Source: an uncultured Ruminococcus sp. (GTDB taxonomy: Bacteria > Bacillota > Clostridia > Oscillospirales > CAG-272). Taken from it: a stretch of DNA of 64,000 nucleotides. Below are positions 27,774 through 38,001 of the stretch, one piece after another. The notes beneath the pieces are model-generated. The model saw nothing but the letters and a program-made list of their open reading frames with translations, made no database searches and was not told the origin of the DNA. The first letter of the stretch is position 1; each line of letters begins with the position of its first letter. The stretch lies in contig CAZVYZ010000002.1 in assembly GCA_964630695.1 (NCBI GenBank), positions 8,951-72,950 of the forward strand, read 5' to 3'. The position numbers were made by a program, and so were the translations under genes.

Positions 27774-28649
27774 TCAGGTCTGCGATTCCTGCGTACTCCG
27801 GGCGGGAAGCCGGACTTCCGTCCACGGGCGCTCCGCCGCAACTCTCGCCGCCTGCATCACGCCGATCACCGTTACCGTCTCCTCCGGCTTTACGGGAACG
27901 TCCGCGCCGTCAAACATCGCAAGGATAGCGGCAATCAGCCGTTTGAAATAATCCCCGCCGATGTTGACATAGGGCAAGCGTTTTTCGGGGTCTGCGCTCT
28001 CCGGGGAGATTGCAAACCCCGGCGCGTGACGGCTGTCGTACAGGCACAGGTTCGCGATCCGTCCGTCGCGGTACTTCATGGCGAGCACCGTATTCCGACC
28101 TCCGGACAGCGCCATGACCGACCCGATATCCGCCCCCATCAGCCGCACGGCAATCTCCACGAAGTGAATCAGATAAATATCCAATCTGCCCGAACCGCTG
28201 ACCGTGACCGAGCGGAGCGATTCCTGCCAATCTGCCAGTTCATCCGCAAAGCGCAGAGCCGAGGAAGAGAACAGCTTTACGCCGTACTGCTTTGCAAGCG
28301 CAAAGATGGCGCGCGCCGTCTCCGCATCGGGCGCAAAGGTCTTGTCCATGTAGCAAGGCTTCCCGCAGGGGAACACCTGCCGGGCATAATCCAAATGGCG
28401 CTCCGGGTTGTCGGGAGAGAGCACGATCAGATAATCCGCCTTTTCGCAGACTTCCGCAATGGACGAACACTTCTGCGCGCCGAACTTTTCGCACCATTCG
28501 TCAGTTGTCACGCCGTCCGCGGGAGAAACGTCCACCTCCGCCCATGCGTAAGCGACTTCAAACGCCGGGTCAATCTCCCTGATCCATGCGGGGTAGTTGT
28601 TCGCATGCCATTCACTCAGATAATAGTCAATAAAGCCGATCTTTTTCAT
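27774..28649 (-). CDS. Gfo/Idh/MocA-like oxidoreductase (divergent)
   Basis: Start at MKKIGFIDYYLSEWHANNYP, 291 aa. Adjacent to a canonical family member. Confidence 0.6.
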   Translation of the reverse strand: MKKIGFIDYYLSEWHANNYPAWIREIDPAFEVAYAWAEVDVSPADGVTTDEWCEKFGAQKCSSIAEVCEKADYLIVLSPDNPERHLDYARQVFPCGKPCYMDKTFAPDAETARAIFALAKQYGVKLFSSSALRFADELADWQESLRSVTVSGSGRLDIYLIHFVEIAVRLMGADIGSVMALSGGRNTVLAMKYRDGRIANLCLYDSRHAPGFAISPESADPEKRLPYVNIGGDYFKRLIAAILAMFDGADVPVKPEETVTVIGVMQAARVAAERPWTEVRLPARSTQESQT

Positions 28650-28815
28650 ACCGCAATCGCACCTCCATATCGGTTCTTCCTGTCTATTATAGTACAAAAA
28701 GCCGCGTTTGTCTTTACCATTTACCGAGCGATTGTTTTACATTATCCCGGAAACATAACCGCTAAGTCCCGCCCCCGGCTTCATCCCGGCGCAACCGCTT
28801 TTGCAGCAAACCGTT

Positions 28816-29478
28816 TCACTCCGTCTCCGTTGCATCCCGGGAACTGTCCCCCATACACTCCGGCGCAAGATCATACACCGAGAAAAACGCCGCGCGGTGC
28901 TGCAATTCCTCCGCGGAAAGGTCTGTTTCCGTGCGGAGCAGGTATGTCACGCCGTCGGGAGAGGCCAGATTCAGATATTGATCCTCCGAGTCTGCCCCGC
29001 ATCCGGGAAAATCCACGCGAACCTTATGCGCAAAGACGTCGCTTTGCAACCGCAACCGATAAAGGCATTCCGACAGGCGCGTCACCGACAAACGGTAGGT
29101 CGGCTTCCGATAGCGGAAGCATTTCGGCTTACCAAACAGCAGAACCGATGTGGAGAGCACCGCTCCCTCCGCATCCGACAGACGGAATTCCAGAAAGCTG
29201 TCCGCTTCCCTTCCCGCTACGGTGTCGGTAAAATCAAACGAACCGACATCGGCAGCCGAAAGCGCGTCCGCCGTTACGGGGATCGTCCGACGGAATACGT
29301 CCTCAAACATCTGCGTTCGGACGCAGACCTGCACGAAGCCCGAAAACGCCTGCAGAGTCTCATTGGAAAGGTTGAATGTCACCCGCGCGCCGTCCTCATG
29401 CGCGGGAACAGCGCAAAGCGCGAACAGCATCAACAATGCAGTCAAAAGGGACATCGCTTTGGTAAGTCTGTGAGTTTT
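28816..29478 (-). CDS. Secreted hypothetical protein
   Basis: Start at MKTHRLTKAMSLLTALLMLFALCAVPA (signal peptide), 220 aa. Weak resemblance to the Ig-like C-terminal domains of GH2 enzymes. Confidence 0.45.
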   Translation of the reverse strand, partial: KTHRLTKAMSLLTALLMLFALCAVPAHEDGARVTFNLSNETLQAFSGFVQVCVRTQMFEDVFRRTIPVTADALSAADVGSFDFTDTVAGREADSFLEFRLSDAEGAVLSTSVLLFGKPKCFRYRKPTYRLSVTRLSECLYRLRLQSDVFAHKVRVDFPGCGADSEDQYLNLASPDGVTYLLRTETDLSAEELQHRAAFFSVYDLAPECMGDSSRDATETE

Positions 29479-29647
29479 CATAGCCAAAATTATATATTGA
29501 TTTTTTGTTTTTTGAAGCGGCGATACGGACAACCGTCAGGAATCCTGCATTTTCAGTTTCTCCACCATTTCCAAAAGGGGCTTGACAAGAGACGCGTTGA
29601 CCGTGTAGACCATCGAATTTCCGTAAGCGGACACCGCCATGGTACGG

Positions 29648-30883
29648 TCACACTTTGCTTACCAGATCCATACGGATCTCTTTTGCCCATGTCACATCGG
29701 CAAGGTCAAACGTGCGGTGCGCACGGATCAATTCCAGCATTTCAATGTCCTGCGGATTCCGCATGATCTGATATTTCAGCACTTTCTCGTAGTATGCGGG
29801 AAACACATACTGTGAAGAGCCGGATGCGAGTGCCTCCAGAATTACGCTTGCACGGTCGATATCCGAACAGGATTTCGGCACAACATGAAGCCATGCGTCC
29901 ACCACACGGGAATAGTAGTGATCCTGCGTTTCACTGTACTTGGGATACGGAAGAACGCCGTAATCCCAGTCCTTCACATCGCGGAGCAGACGCACCTTGC
30001 CAACAATGTTATTCTGGAACAACGCTCTGCCGTCCTTAAAGGTGGCAATCCATTTCTCGTCACTGCCTTCCCAGCCCTTCAGCTCCATTTGCCCGCCGTC
30101 AACCAGCGCGAGGATTTCCTCGGTGATCTTGATGATTGCCTCGTTGGAGCCGATGGAGAATCGCATTCCCGTGTTTCCGTTGGTTGTGGTCAGCATTGTC
30201 TGCCCGCAACCGAACCAGTAGGAGGTAGCGGTATAGTCGCTCATGCCGCTACACCCGTAAAAGGCGTTTTTTCCGTCTGCATCCATTCTCGTTGCGGTTT
30301 TGACCATTTCAAACATCCTCTGATAGGTCCAATCGCCGGACTTCACCAACGCATACGAGTCTTCCATTCCAAGACTTGTGACCTCCGATTGATTGAACAC
30401 AATGCAGACCGAGCGCTCAAAAGTATAAACAGACTCATCGCTGTAGGCAAACAGCGGAACGCCGTCAATCGTCAGCGCGTCGTTCACATCGCGCAGATAG
30501 TAATCCTTGCTCATGTCGATATGCTTCAGCTCCGAAGGCAGGCAAATCATCTCCTCCTGAATCGCCGTGTAAGCGTCACGGTTGATCAGCATGATCAGAT
30601 CCCAGTTTTCCGTCGGAGCAAGCGCCTCCTGCCGCAACCGGTTATAGCAGACCGTGTAGCCGGGCGTGCCGCCCTCATCCCCTGCGGTATAACTGTCAAA
30701 CACGACGTTGAAACGCTGTTCAATGATCCGATTCCGCGAATAAACGGCATCGTCGACCTGATCGCCCTGATAATCCTCGGGAACGTCAAAGGTTGTATAA
30801 GTTCCCTCCCGCGATGATGAAATCGTAGTTTTTCCGGACATTCCACGGTTCCCAGAGCGCGTCCGTGCAGTCCGTTCCGGCAA
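29648..30883 (-). pseudogene. Extracellular solute-binding protein (ABC-type) lacking its signal peptide and N-terminus
   Basis: 411-aa ORF with an SBP-like body (DDAVYSRNRIIEQRFNVVF...) but no signal or lipobox. Its 5' end overlaps a GH28-like fragment in another frame. Confidence 0.5.
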
Positions 30884-31127
30884 TCGGTTCCAGTCCGCTC
30901 TTCTCGCAATAGCAATACTTTTCGGTCTCCCGACTGCCGAGCAGGTGCGTGTTTTCCAAGAGGTGCAGCGTCACATTGCTTCGGAGTCTGACCGTTCCGA
31001 TCTCCCAATCCCCCTCGGGAATTGCAACCTCTCCCCCGCCGTGGCGGAACACCGTATCAACGGCATTCTGAATCCGCTCGGTCGGATCGGTTTCGCACAG
31101 TTCCCGTGCGTTCAGAATGATCTGCAT
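30786..31127 (-). pseudogene. N-terminal fragment of a GH28/pectate-lyase-fold protein
   Basis: MQIILNARELCETDPTERIQNAVDTVFRHGGGEVAIPEGDWEIGTVRLRSNVTLHL matches the usual N-terminus of beta-helix glycosidases. It stops after 113 aa. Confidence 0.5.
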
Positions 31128-31135
31128 TTCATGCC

Positions 31136-31813
31136 TCACTTTCCCGTGCGGTACAGACAGAGGTCATCGATATAAAAGACAGTGTCCGATCCGATATCCG
31201 GCTGAAAGGAAAAGGAAAGATACCTGACTTTTTTCGTCTCCGACAGCTCAGCGGGATCAATCGGAATTTCCACCAGAACCCATTGCCGCGGCGGAACGCT
31301 TGTAACCGTTGTATACTCCCCGTCATCGGCGAGCTTCAACAGCGCCGTGAAGTCCATTTCCTTTTGTTGGGCATTGTAAACCCAAAAGGAAATCTTTTTT
31401 ACACCTCCAAGATTGCTGAAATCCCCTCGATGAACCAAATTCAACGGCTGCGCCACCGAAACCGCCGCATAGGAGTTGTATTCCTTTTTGCAAATCAGCT
31501 TGGCACTCCGACTTCCCGAATGCACGGTTTCCTTCTCCACCGTAACGGTCATATTCCGTCTTGCCTGCATTGGGGAAAAATCGGCAGGTCTTTCGTAATC
31601 ATTGACGATAACACGATACAGTCCGTCCGCTCCGAGTTCCGGCATCGGTGGCTTCCACGAGGTGATCTCCCCATAGGTCACGGAGTCCGTATCGGCAAGG
31701 GACGAACCGGAGCCGGCGTCGGTAGCCGACGCGGACGGTTCCTGCCCTCTCCGGCAGCCTGCAACGGTCAGACAAAGCACCGCTGCCAACAGGAAATAAA
31801 CCGCTTTTCTCAT
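31136..31813 (-). CDS. Lipoprotein, unknown function (CBM-like beta-sandwich suspected)
   Basis: Start at MRKAVYFLLAAVLCLTVAGC (lipobox), 225 aa. ATGA overlap with the upstream gene. Confidence 0.6.
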   Translation of the reverse strand: MRKAVYFLLAAVLCLTVAGCRRGQEPSASATDAGSGSSLADTDSVTYGEITSWKPPMPELGADGLYRVIVNDYERPADFSPMQARRNMTVTVEKETVHSGSRSAKLICKKEYNSYAAVSVAQPLNLVHRGDFSNLGGVKKISFWVYNAQQKEMDFTALLKLADDGEYTTVTSVPPRQWVLVEIPIDPAELSETKKVRYLSFSFQPDIGSDTVFYIDDLCLYRTGK

Positions 31814-34428
31814 TCCCGTTCCTTCCTTTCCGCAGAAACGCTCAGAATGCAAATCTCCGTTGCCGTATTATTGTTCCAGACCAACTTCAGGTTTTCCAAT
31901 TTTCCGCGATTGGAAACCAAGCCGTAACCGGACAGTTCGACATAGTTGATTCCGGGTTGAAGTGTCAGCTTGACAGCCGGCATGGAAGGAAGATTGGAGG
32001 CGCGGTCATAGAACTGCGCATATTTCTTTCCCGCATTCTGTGCATAAAGCGCGGCGGTTACCACACGGTCGGAATCGTTATAGATAACAAGCCAAAGCGA
32101 TTGGGAGATGCGATCCACATCCAGATCGGCAAGGTTCAAAACCGTCTCCTGCCTGCCGCCCGCGATCCGGAGCCGATATGCCGCCCTGCCGCACGCTGCG
32201 TCATGCGCTGTATAGCTTCCGCTGTTCGGCGCGCTGATTGCGATGCGGTCGGCAATTCCGTCCGCAGAAACCGCTTTCTGTCCGGCTCCCAGCCAGAAGG
32301 TTCCATTAACCGTTCTCGCCCCGTCGGTTGCCGAAAGCGTAACCGTTTCGCTCACCGTCAGATCGGCGGTCAACAGCAACTGCCCGTTTCCGCTTGTTTT
32401 CAGTGCTTTTCCGTCGGAGGAAAGCGTTACATTCGCGGGTGCCTTCAGCTTAATTGTGACAAGCGCCGCTTTCTTTTCGACATCGGTTACGGTCACACCC
32501 ATTTCCAACAGCTCCAATACCGAAGCCATGCTTTCCCGAAGCGTTGAAAATCCGTTTGTCAGACTGTCCCCGATCTGTACCTGCAATCCATCGTAATATC
32601 CGAGCGTGAACAGTTCCATCAGGCTGTCGAATGCGGCATCCGTATACACGCCTCCGCTTTTCTCCACCTGTTCACGGAGCATCGACTCCATGAGGTACAG
32701 CACCTCATAATCCTCCATGCTGTCACGCAGAACCTCCAGTCGGATACTTCCCACAGGACCTGCAATGCCATACGGTGCACCCGGATAGAAGAGAAAACCG
32801 TCTCCGTTTGAAGTCGGAAACCGTTCGGCAGTTCCGTAGCAGTCCTGCAATTCGCTCATCACACCGTCATCGCCGTTTTCCATTCGGTAATAAAGGTTGG
32901 TATACCACATCTGCTGACCGATGATGTGATACTGCTTCATAAACCATCCGAATGAACGCAGGGTCAGCAAATCGTCATCAAGGTGCAGGGTGGGATATGG
33001 CGAGCGCGGCAGACAGCCGGTATAAGCCCAGAGTTCCCCGCTGTCCGTATTGTAATAGGCATTGTAGCGTGCCCGTTCCGCTTCGTAAAAGGCACGTTGC
33101 TCTGCCGTTTGCAGTTCTCCCAACTGAACGCATCGGGTAAAGGGATTTTCGAAATTGAAGCGCGAATCATTCCCGTAGGCAAGCGTGACGAAATGCTGCA
33201 CCGTCCGCATATCCTCCAGCACTTCCAGAATGAAATCCTTCTTGCATTGATGCACAAACCCCATCCAAAGCGTTCCGCTTTCGTCGACCTGCTTTTTATA
33301 CTCCCGATACAGCGCTTCCTGCGCCTCGTGCAGCTGCTCCGTCACATAGGCGGCATCCTCGGGCTTGTTCCGATAGTCCGCCTCATCCAGACAGGTCACC
33401 CACATTCCGAGTTTTTCCATCAGATTGACATTCTCTTTGAGCGAACGCTCCAGAAGCATCTTCAGAGTGTCTTTGTACAAGTCAATATCAACAAGGCTTG
33501 TCGACTGCTTACCGCTCGGTAGCGTGCCGCTGACGCGCTTATACGGAATGTTAATCCACGAGCAACGCACGTCCTGCGTATACTTGACCGTGGCATTCAG
33601 CCAGTTCCGCAAATCGTCACCCGAGGGGTCAAAGTTATGTCCCAAACCGACAGGCAAGGACTGCGGGTTCAGGCGATACCGCAGAAGTGCCTCGGTGTAA
33701 AGCGCCTCCATTTCGTTTGTATTGCTCAACTCACCCATTCCGAGTGCGTCATAATACACCGCATAACAGCTTTTCTGGTGCGTTTCGTCCGAAACCGTAA
33801 AATTCCAAACCGTCACCTCAACCGGAACCTCAACGCTTTCCCTGTCAACCGTCAGCGTAAAATTGCCGCTGTAAACACCGGCAGGCTGTTCCTTCGGAAT
33901 CAGGACCGTAAACCAGATACCCTGATTTGCCCCTTTCCGAATCTGATTTTCCCCATATTCCGCCGCCGTATCCAACGGCAGAAGCGCATCGGGATACATT
34001 CCCTCCTCGCATCCGGAAAGTGAATCATAGACCTTGGAAACCGCAATGTACTTTTCGTGATAGACCGAAAATTGCTCCCGCGGCAGCACTGCATCCCCGC
34101 AGGTCAGGTCATTCACGGTCACGTTGTAATCCAACACATTCCGTTCTGCCGATAAAATCAGCTGTGCGCTTTCATATTCGTTTCGGAACGCCTTGAACGT
34201 CAACGTCTGCGAACCGGAGGAAAACTTCTCCGTCAGCAGCATCTTGACCGTAGACGGTGCAGTACAGTACTGCACGCCGGATATCCGATTCGGCGTATCA
34301 TTCCGTCCGTTCCCGTTTTCCGTTCCGCTTTCGACCGTGCCGTTTTCCGCAGGCTTCCGACAGGCGGTCAGACTGCCGAAGAGCAGGATCACGGCAAGCA
34401 ACAGCGTTGCAACTCTTTTCAGCTTCAT
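31810..34428 (-). CDS. DUF4091-domain glycoside hydrolase-like lipoprotein (GH123-related)
   Basis: Start at MKLKRVATLLLAVILLFGSLTAC, 872 aa. Motifs FKAFRNEYESAQLIL and SNGDGFLFYPG are typical of DUF4091. Confidence 0.75.
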   Translation of the reverse strand: MKLKRVATLLLAVILLFGSLTACRKPAENGTVESGTENGNGRNDTPNRISGVQYCTAPSTVKMLLTEKFSSGSQTLTFKAFRNEYESAQLILSAERNVLDYNVTVNDLTCGDAVLPREQFSVYHEKYIAVSKVYDSLSGCEEGMYPDALLPLDTAAEYGENQIRKGANQGIWFTVLIPKEQPAGVYSGNFTLTVDRESVEVPVEVTVWNFTVSDETHQKSCYAVYYDALGMGELSNTNEMEALYTEALLRYRLNPQSLPVGLGHNFDPSGDDLRNWLNATVKYTQDVRCSWINIPYKRVSGTLPSGKQSTSLVDIDLYKDTLKMLLERSLKENVNLMEKLGMWVTCLDEADYRNKPEDAAYVTEQLHEAQEALYREYKKQVDESGTLWMGFVHQCKKDFILEVLEDMRTVQHFVTLAYGNDSRFNFENPFTRCVQLGELQTAEQRAFYEAERARYNAYYNTDSGELWAYTGCLPRSPYPTLHLDDDLLTLRSFGWFMKQYHIIGQQMWYTNLYYRMENGDDGVMSELQDCYGTAERFPTSNGDGFLFYPGAPYGIAGPVGSIRLEVLRDSMEDYEVLYLMESMLREQVEKSGGVYTDAAFDSLMELFTLGYYDGLQVQIGDSLTNGFSTLRESMASVLELLEMGVTVTDVEKKAALVTIKLKAPANVTLSSDGKALKTSGNGQLLLTADLTVSETVTLSATDGARTVNGTFWLGAGQKAVSADGIADRIAISAPNSGSYTAHDAACGRAAYRLRIAGGRQETVLNLADLDVDRISQSLWLVIYNDSDRVVTAALYAQNAGKKYAQFYDRASNLPSMPAVKLTLQPGINYVELSGYGLVSNRGKLENLKLVWNNNTATEICILSVSAERKERE

Positions 34429-34459
34429 CTCGCATCCCTCTCCTTTCCTCCTGTAGCAT

Positions 34460-35860
34460 TCATCTTTTTCCGCCCTCCTGCGATTCGGAATAGGTGACCC
34501 GGCGGATCGGAGACAGCCCGTGATCCGCCGACTGCACAAATGTAATCTGTTTCTTCCCGCGAAGCGCGTTGTAATACGCCGCCATCCCCGTCGGAGTTGC
34601 CGTATAGTCGATCAGTCCCGCCTGCGAGATGACAGTCGGGCAGGTTACGCGGGCGGCAAAGAAAGCCGAATCGAAGTAGTTCAGATTTTCGGTATAATCC
34701 GGCAACCATCCCGCCAAGCGCCCGATGCTTCTGCCGCCGACATCACACATCCAGACGATAAACACCGAAAGCTCCGTAACGCCCGGTTCCAGTGCCGCCA
34801 CCGCAGTTGCCTGAAAGCCGCCCATGCTCCCGCCGAAAAGCAGAACATCTTTGCCGTTCCATTCCTTCATCGTTTTCAGAAAGCGGAGCGCCTGCACATC
34901 CCGCAGAATCATATTGCGGAAATAACTGCCCGACGGATCGCGGTAGTCCTCCGCTTCAAAGCCGTAATGCTTCAGCGCGCCGTTTTGCAGGTCGGCATAA
35001 TAGCCTTTCTCCCGCCCGTTCTCCATGCTGTGCGCATTGACCGCAAAGGTTATACACCCATCCGTACACTGCGGAGACGGAGAAAAGGATGCGTTGTAGC
35101 CGTAAAAGAACATTCGGATTTTCAGGCTGCCTGCCTTTGCGTTTTTCGGGACGGTCAGATACCCCGTCGCGGGCGCGTCCGCATCATGGGAGCGGATTCC
35201 AACGCTGTACGCCCGAAAATTCGGATTGGGTGAATCCGCAGGGTCGATATACAGCAACTCGGGCGAAACCGCATCCAATTCTCCAAGCTGTGTCTGCCAG
35301 AACGCATCAAAATCTTTCGGGCATTCCGTTCCGGTCCGAATCTGCTCAAACCCGCAGATTGCTCCGCCGACAAACGGCTGTACTTCCCCGAGCTTTTCCC
35401 CATCGCGGTCGCAGGCTTCCACCGTGACCCGAATACTCCCCGGGGTTTTCATGGAAAACGTCAGGGTCAGCCTGCCGCTGTCTCCGCTGTCCGTTCCGCT
35501 CCAGAACTGCCCGTCATCCGCCTCCGCGTGCCAGACCAGTTTCGCGCAGGGGTAGGTCAGTCTGAAGTCGGCGGTGTCGGTCAATCGGATGTGAAACCGG
35601 ATCGACTCCCCCACCCGATAGGATATGGCATCCTTTTCTGTTTCTCCGTAGAGATACGCCACCCCCTTTGCCCGAATCGGCGGGTCGGTGCGCACCTCTG
35701 TTTCCGTATCTGTCATTGCTGTTGTTTGTGCCAAGTCCGATTCCGTCCCCGCGCCGCCGATTGTTTCCTGCATCGGGATACCGGAAGCGCACCCCGAAAG
35801 AAGGAACCCGCACAGGCAGAAAAACGCAAGTCCGATTCGCACCAATCGAAATCCTTTCAT
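34460..35860 (-). CDS. CE7-type acetylxylan esterase / cephalosporin-C deacetylase family lipoprotein with extra N-terminal domain
   Basis: Lipobox LLSGC. PKDFDAFWQTQL, the nucleophile elbow GGSMGG and a C-terminal HG motif are present. Confidence 0.75.
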   Translation of the reverse strand: MKGFRLVRIGLAFFCLCGFLLSGCASGIPMQETIGGAGTESDLAQTTAMTDTETEVRTDPPIRAKGVAYLYGETEKDAISYRVGESIRFHIRLTDTADFRLTYPCAKLVWHAEADDGQFWSGTDSGDSGRLTLTFSMKTPGSIRVTVEACDRDGEKLGEVQPFVGGAICGFEQIRTGTECPKDFDAFWQTQLGELDAVSPELLYIDPADSPNPNFRAYSVGIRSHDADAPATGYLTVPKNAKAGSLKIRMFFYGYNASFSPSPQCTDGCITFAVNAHSMENGREKGYYADLQNGALKHYGFEAEDYRDPSGSYFRNMILRDVQALRFLKTMKEWNGKDVLLFGGSMGGFQATAVAALEPGVTELSVFIVWMCDVGGRSIGRLAGWLPDYTENLNYFDSAFFAARVTCPTVISQAGLIDYTATPTGMAAYYNALRGKKQITFVQSADHGLSPIRRVTYSESQEGGKR

Positions 35861-35875
35861 TCAGTCTGTTGTCGC

Positions 35876-36007
35876 TCAGAAAAGAGAGCTGATATTCAGA
35901 TTTTCAATATAATCACTTGCCGCATCGATTCCTCCGCTTACCAATGTCAGAACATCATCGGAAAGCCGCTCCATCAGGAAACACGGTTTTTCATACAGTT
36001 TCTTCAT
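35876..36007 (-). CDS. 43-aa sORF with double-glycine-leader-like motif, paralog of 11689..11841
   Basis: Not in the track. AAGGAG sits 8 nt upstream of the ATG, and the ORF exactly fills the 36021-35861 gap. The product is MKKLYEKPCFLMERLSDDVLTLVSGGIDAASDYIENLNISSLF. Confidence 0.45.
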   Translation of the reverse strand: MKKLYEKPCFLMERLSDDVLTLVSGGIDAASDYIENLNISSLF

Positions 36008-36021
36008 AGCAAATACTCCTT

Positions 36022-37827
36022 TCATGCAGCCGCGTCGGTCGAATATTCAAACACCAACATATCGTCATATGTGCGAGCCCCGTTCTGATCGTGGAAAGAT
36101 CTGACCGCAAAGGTCACGCTTCCCCGATTCTGCGGCAATCCGTCCACCGTTGCGGTAAAGAGATAGCTGTATCCGCTAAGAATCGAAGCTGCGTCTTTTT
36201 TCTCTCCGTCCGCCATAACCGATTTGTAAACGGTTTGCGTGGAGGGCGCTTTGCCATCCGTCAGATTATTGACGGTCTTTACATCCGCACCGTCAAGACG
36301 GATAACGGTGATTTCAAGACCAACGCTTTCAAAATTCGCCAGTTCGGTTTCCGCACAGCGAAGGAGTCCGATCAAACGAACGCTCCGTGTTCCGTCCGTC
36401 TCCAACCTGTCCTGATATACCGCGGCATTGGTAACGGCAGTGCCGTTATCTTTTCCGTTGACGACATCGGAATAGAAGTGCAGAACCCCCATCGGGAGCG
36501 GCTTGGTTGCAGGCGTGGTCGCAAAACTGCCGGAAAAATCAACCGTAACGGTGTCATCCGAAAAGCGAAGCGAACGGTAACCTTCGGAAACAGAGGCGAT
36601 TAACTGATTTGCCTGCGTATTGGTTGCTTGGTTTGAACTGAAATTGCCCCATCCCCAATTCGTAACACCTTCCACATCACCGACAGTAACAACTTCCACA
36701 TCACCGACAATCCCATCTGCCCGATAGGTTGAATAGGAAGCGGCAATGCCAATCAGCTTTCCGTAATTATATAGAGGAGTTCCTGCGATTTCAATCTTCC
36801 CACCAAGAAGGATTGACCTGAAGGTCACGGTAGAGTTATCCCCTCCGTTTGTTGATCCGACCAACCCACCGATTTTTCCGACATTTCCCTTCCCGGTGAG
36901 CTTCATCATTCCGTAAAACGCGCTGTTCTTAACGGTTAAATTGCCGGGACGTGCGCTCGATACATCTCCGTTGTTCGCTCCGACCAATCCGACAAATCCA
37001 CCGATCCCAACATTTCCGTATGTTTCCGTAAAAGAGGTTTCCACCACTCCGTCAAATACGCAGTTTGTAATCAGCGTGTCGCTGCCCTGACCTCCTGCAC
37101 GTTCCCGCACGTGACCGAAAAATCCACCGGCATTTATGTTGGTAGCCTTCACATTTGCGGACATGACGGTATTTCCGACCGTCAGCTTTTTATCAAGCTC
37201 CCAACCAATCAACCCGCCGACGCACATTGTACCCGAAACAGTTCCGCGGATGATACACCCCGCAACCGTCATCTCATCGGCGCGGGAATCTCCCGCAATC
37301 CCGCCGCAGTATGCGCCCGAAGCGGAAACCGCAATCTCCAGATTCAGGTTTGCAAACAGCACTTTTCCTGCCGTTCCGGTATCAGAACCGATTCTCCCGA
37401 ACAATCCGCCGATCTGCGATGTACCGGATATCGATGAAGCCTTCACCGTGAGATTTTTGATTCCAACCGTAAAGGAATCATCGCCAACGGGCATCAGGCA
37501 ACTGCCGAACAGTCCCTGATAGTTGCTTTCGCTTTCCGATTTCAATCCGCTGACGGTATGTCCCTGACCGTCAATCATGCCGGAAAAGGTTACGTTATTC
37601 TTTCCCGCGAGCGGCCATACAGCATTCGCCATGTCAAAATCGGCGTTCAGATAAACCGTCTGCTTTGCAAAGGTATCCCCGCCCGCCAAGCGGTTCGCAA
37701 AATCCAGCAACTCCTCCTTTGTGTGAATTTGAAGTTCTGTCTCCGCACTCGCGGAAAGGGAAAGAATCGGAAGGAAGGTCATCAACAATCCAACCAATAA
37801 AAGGGATGCCAAGAGTTTTCTGTTCAT
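36022..37827 (-). CDS. Secreted GLUG-motif repeat protein
   Basis: Start at MNRKLLASLLLVGLLMTFLPILSLSASA. Repeated GGLFG / GGIAG / GGLIG / GGFFG / GGFVG / GGLVG (GLUG) motifs. Confidence 0.7.
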   Translation of the reverse strand: MNRKLLASLLLVGLLMTFLPILSLSASAETELQIHTKEELLDFANRLAGGDTFAKQTVYLNADFDMANAVWPLAGKNNVTFSGMIDGQGHTVSGLKSESESNYQGLFGSCLMPVGDDSFTVGIKNLTVKASSISGTSQIGGLFGRIGSDTGTAGKVLFANLNLEIAVSASGAYCGGIAGDSRADEMTVAGCIIRGTVSGTMCVGGLIGWELDKKLTVGNTVMSANVKATNINAGGFFGHVRERAGGQGSDTLITNCVFDGVVETSFTETYGNVGIGGFVGLVGANNGDVSSARPGNLTVKNSAFYGMMKLTGKGNVGKIGGLVGSTNGGDNSTVTFRSILLGGKIEIAGTPLYNYGKLIGIAASYSTYRADGIVGDVEVVTVGDVEGVTNWGWGNFSSNQATNTQANQLIASVSEGYRSLRFSDDTVTVDFSGSFATTPATKPLPMGVLHFYSDVVNGKDNGTAVTNAAVYQDRLETDGTRSVRLIGLLRCAETELANFESVGLEITVIRLDGADVKTVNNLTDGKAPSTQTVYKSVMADGEKKDAASILSGYSYLFTATVDGLPQNRGSVTFAVRSFHDQNGARTYDDMLVFEYSTDAAA

Positions 37828-37906
37828 CTTTTTTGCCTCTCTTTCTTTATTTGTGTAAGCGGTTACACACCGGCGCACAAAAAGTGTGCAACCGTTTACA
37901 AAAACA

Positions 37907-37935
37907 ATTATATCATAAAGCATTCAGGTTGTCAA
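37907..37935 (-). promoter_or_regulatory. Consensus promoter of the GLUG-sORF-CE7-DUF4091 operon
   Basis: Minus strand: TTGACA (37930-37935), 17-nt spacer, TATAAT (37907-37912). Confidence 0.65.
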
Positions 37936-38001
37936 TAGAAAAATCGCAATCGACAGCGCCAAAAAACAGCACTCAAATTTGGGCAATATGACGGTTTTCG
38001 G

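Noticed and set aside
11689-36007. Interpreting the two sORFs as lasso-peptide precursors (YxxP leader motif, Thr near the putative cleavage site, Asp/Glu at core position 8-9).
   Set aside because: No lasso cyclase, leader peptidase or RRE gene is present in 64 kb. One core would start with Val. The resemblance is recorded but the classification is not adopted.
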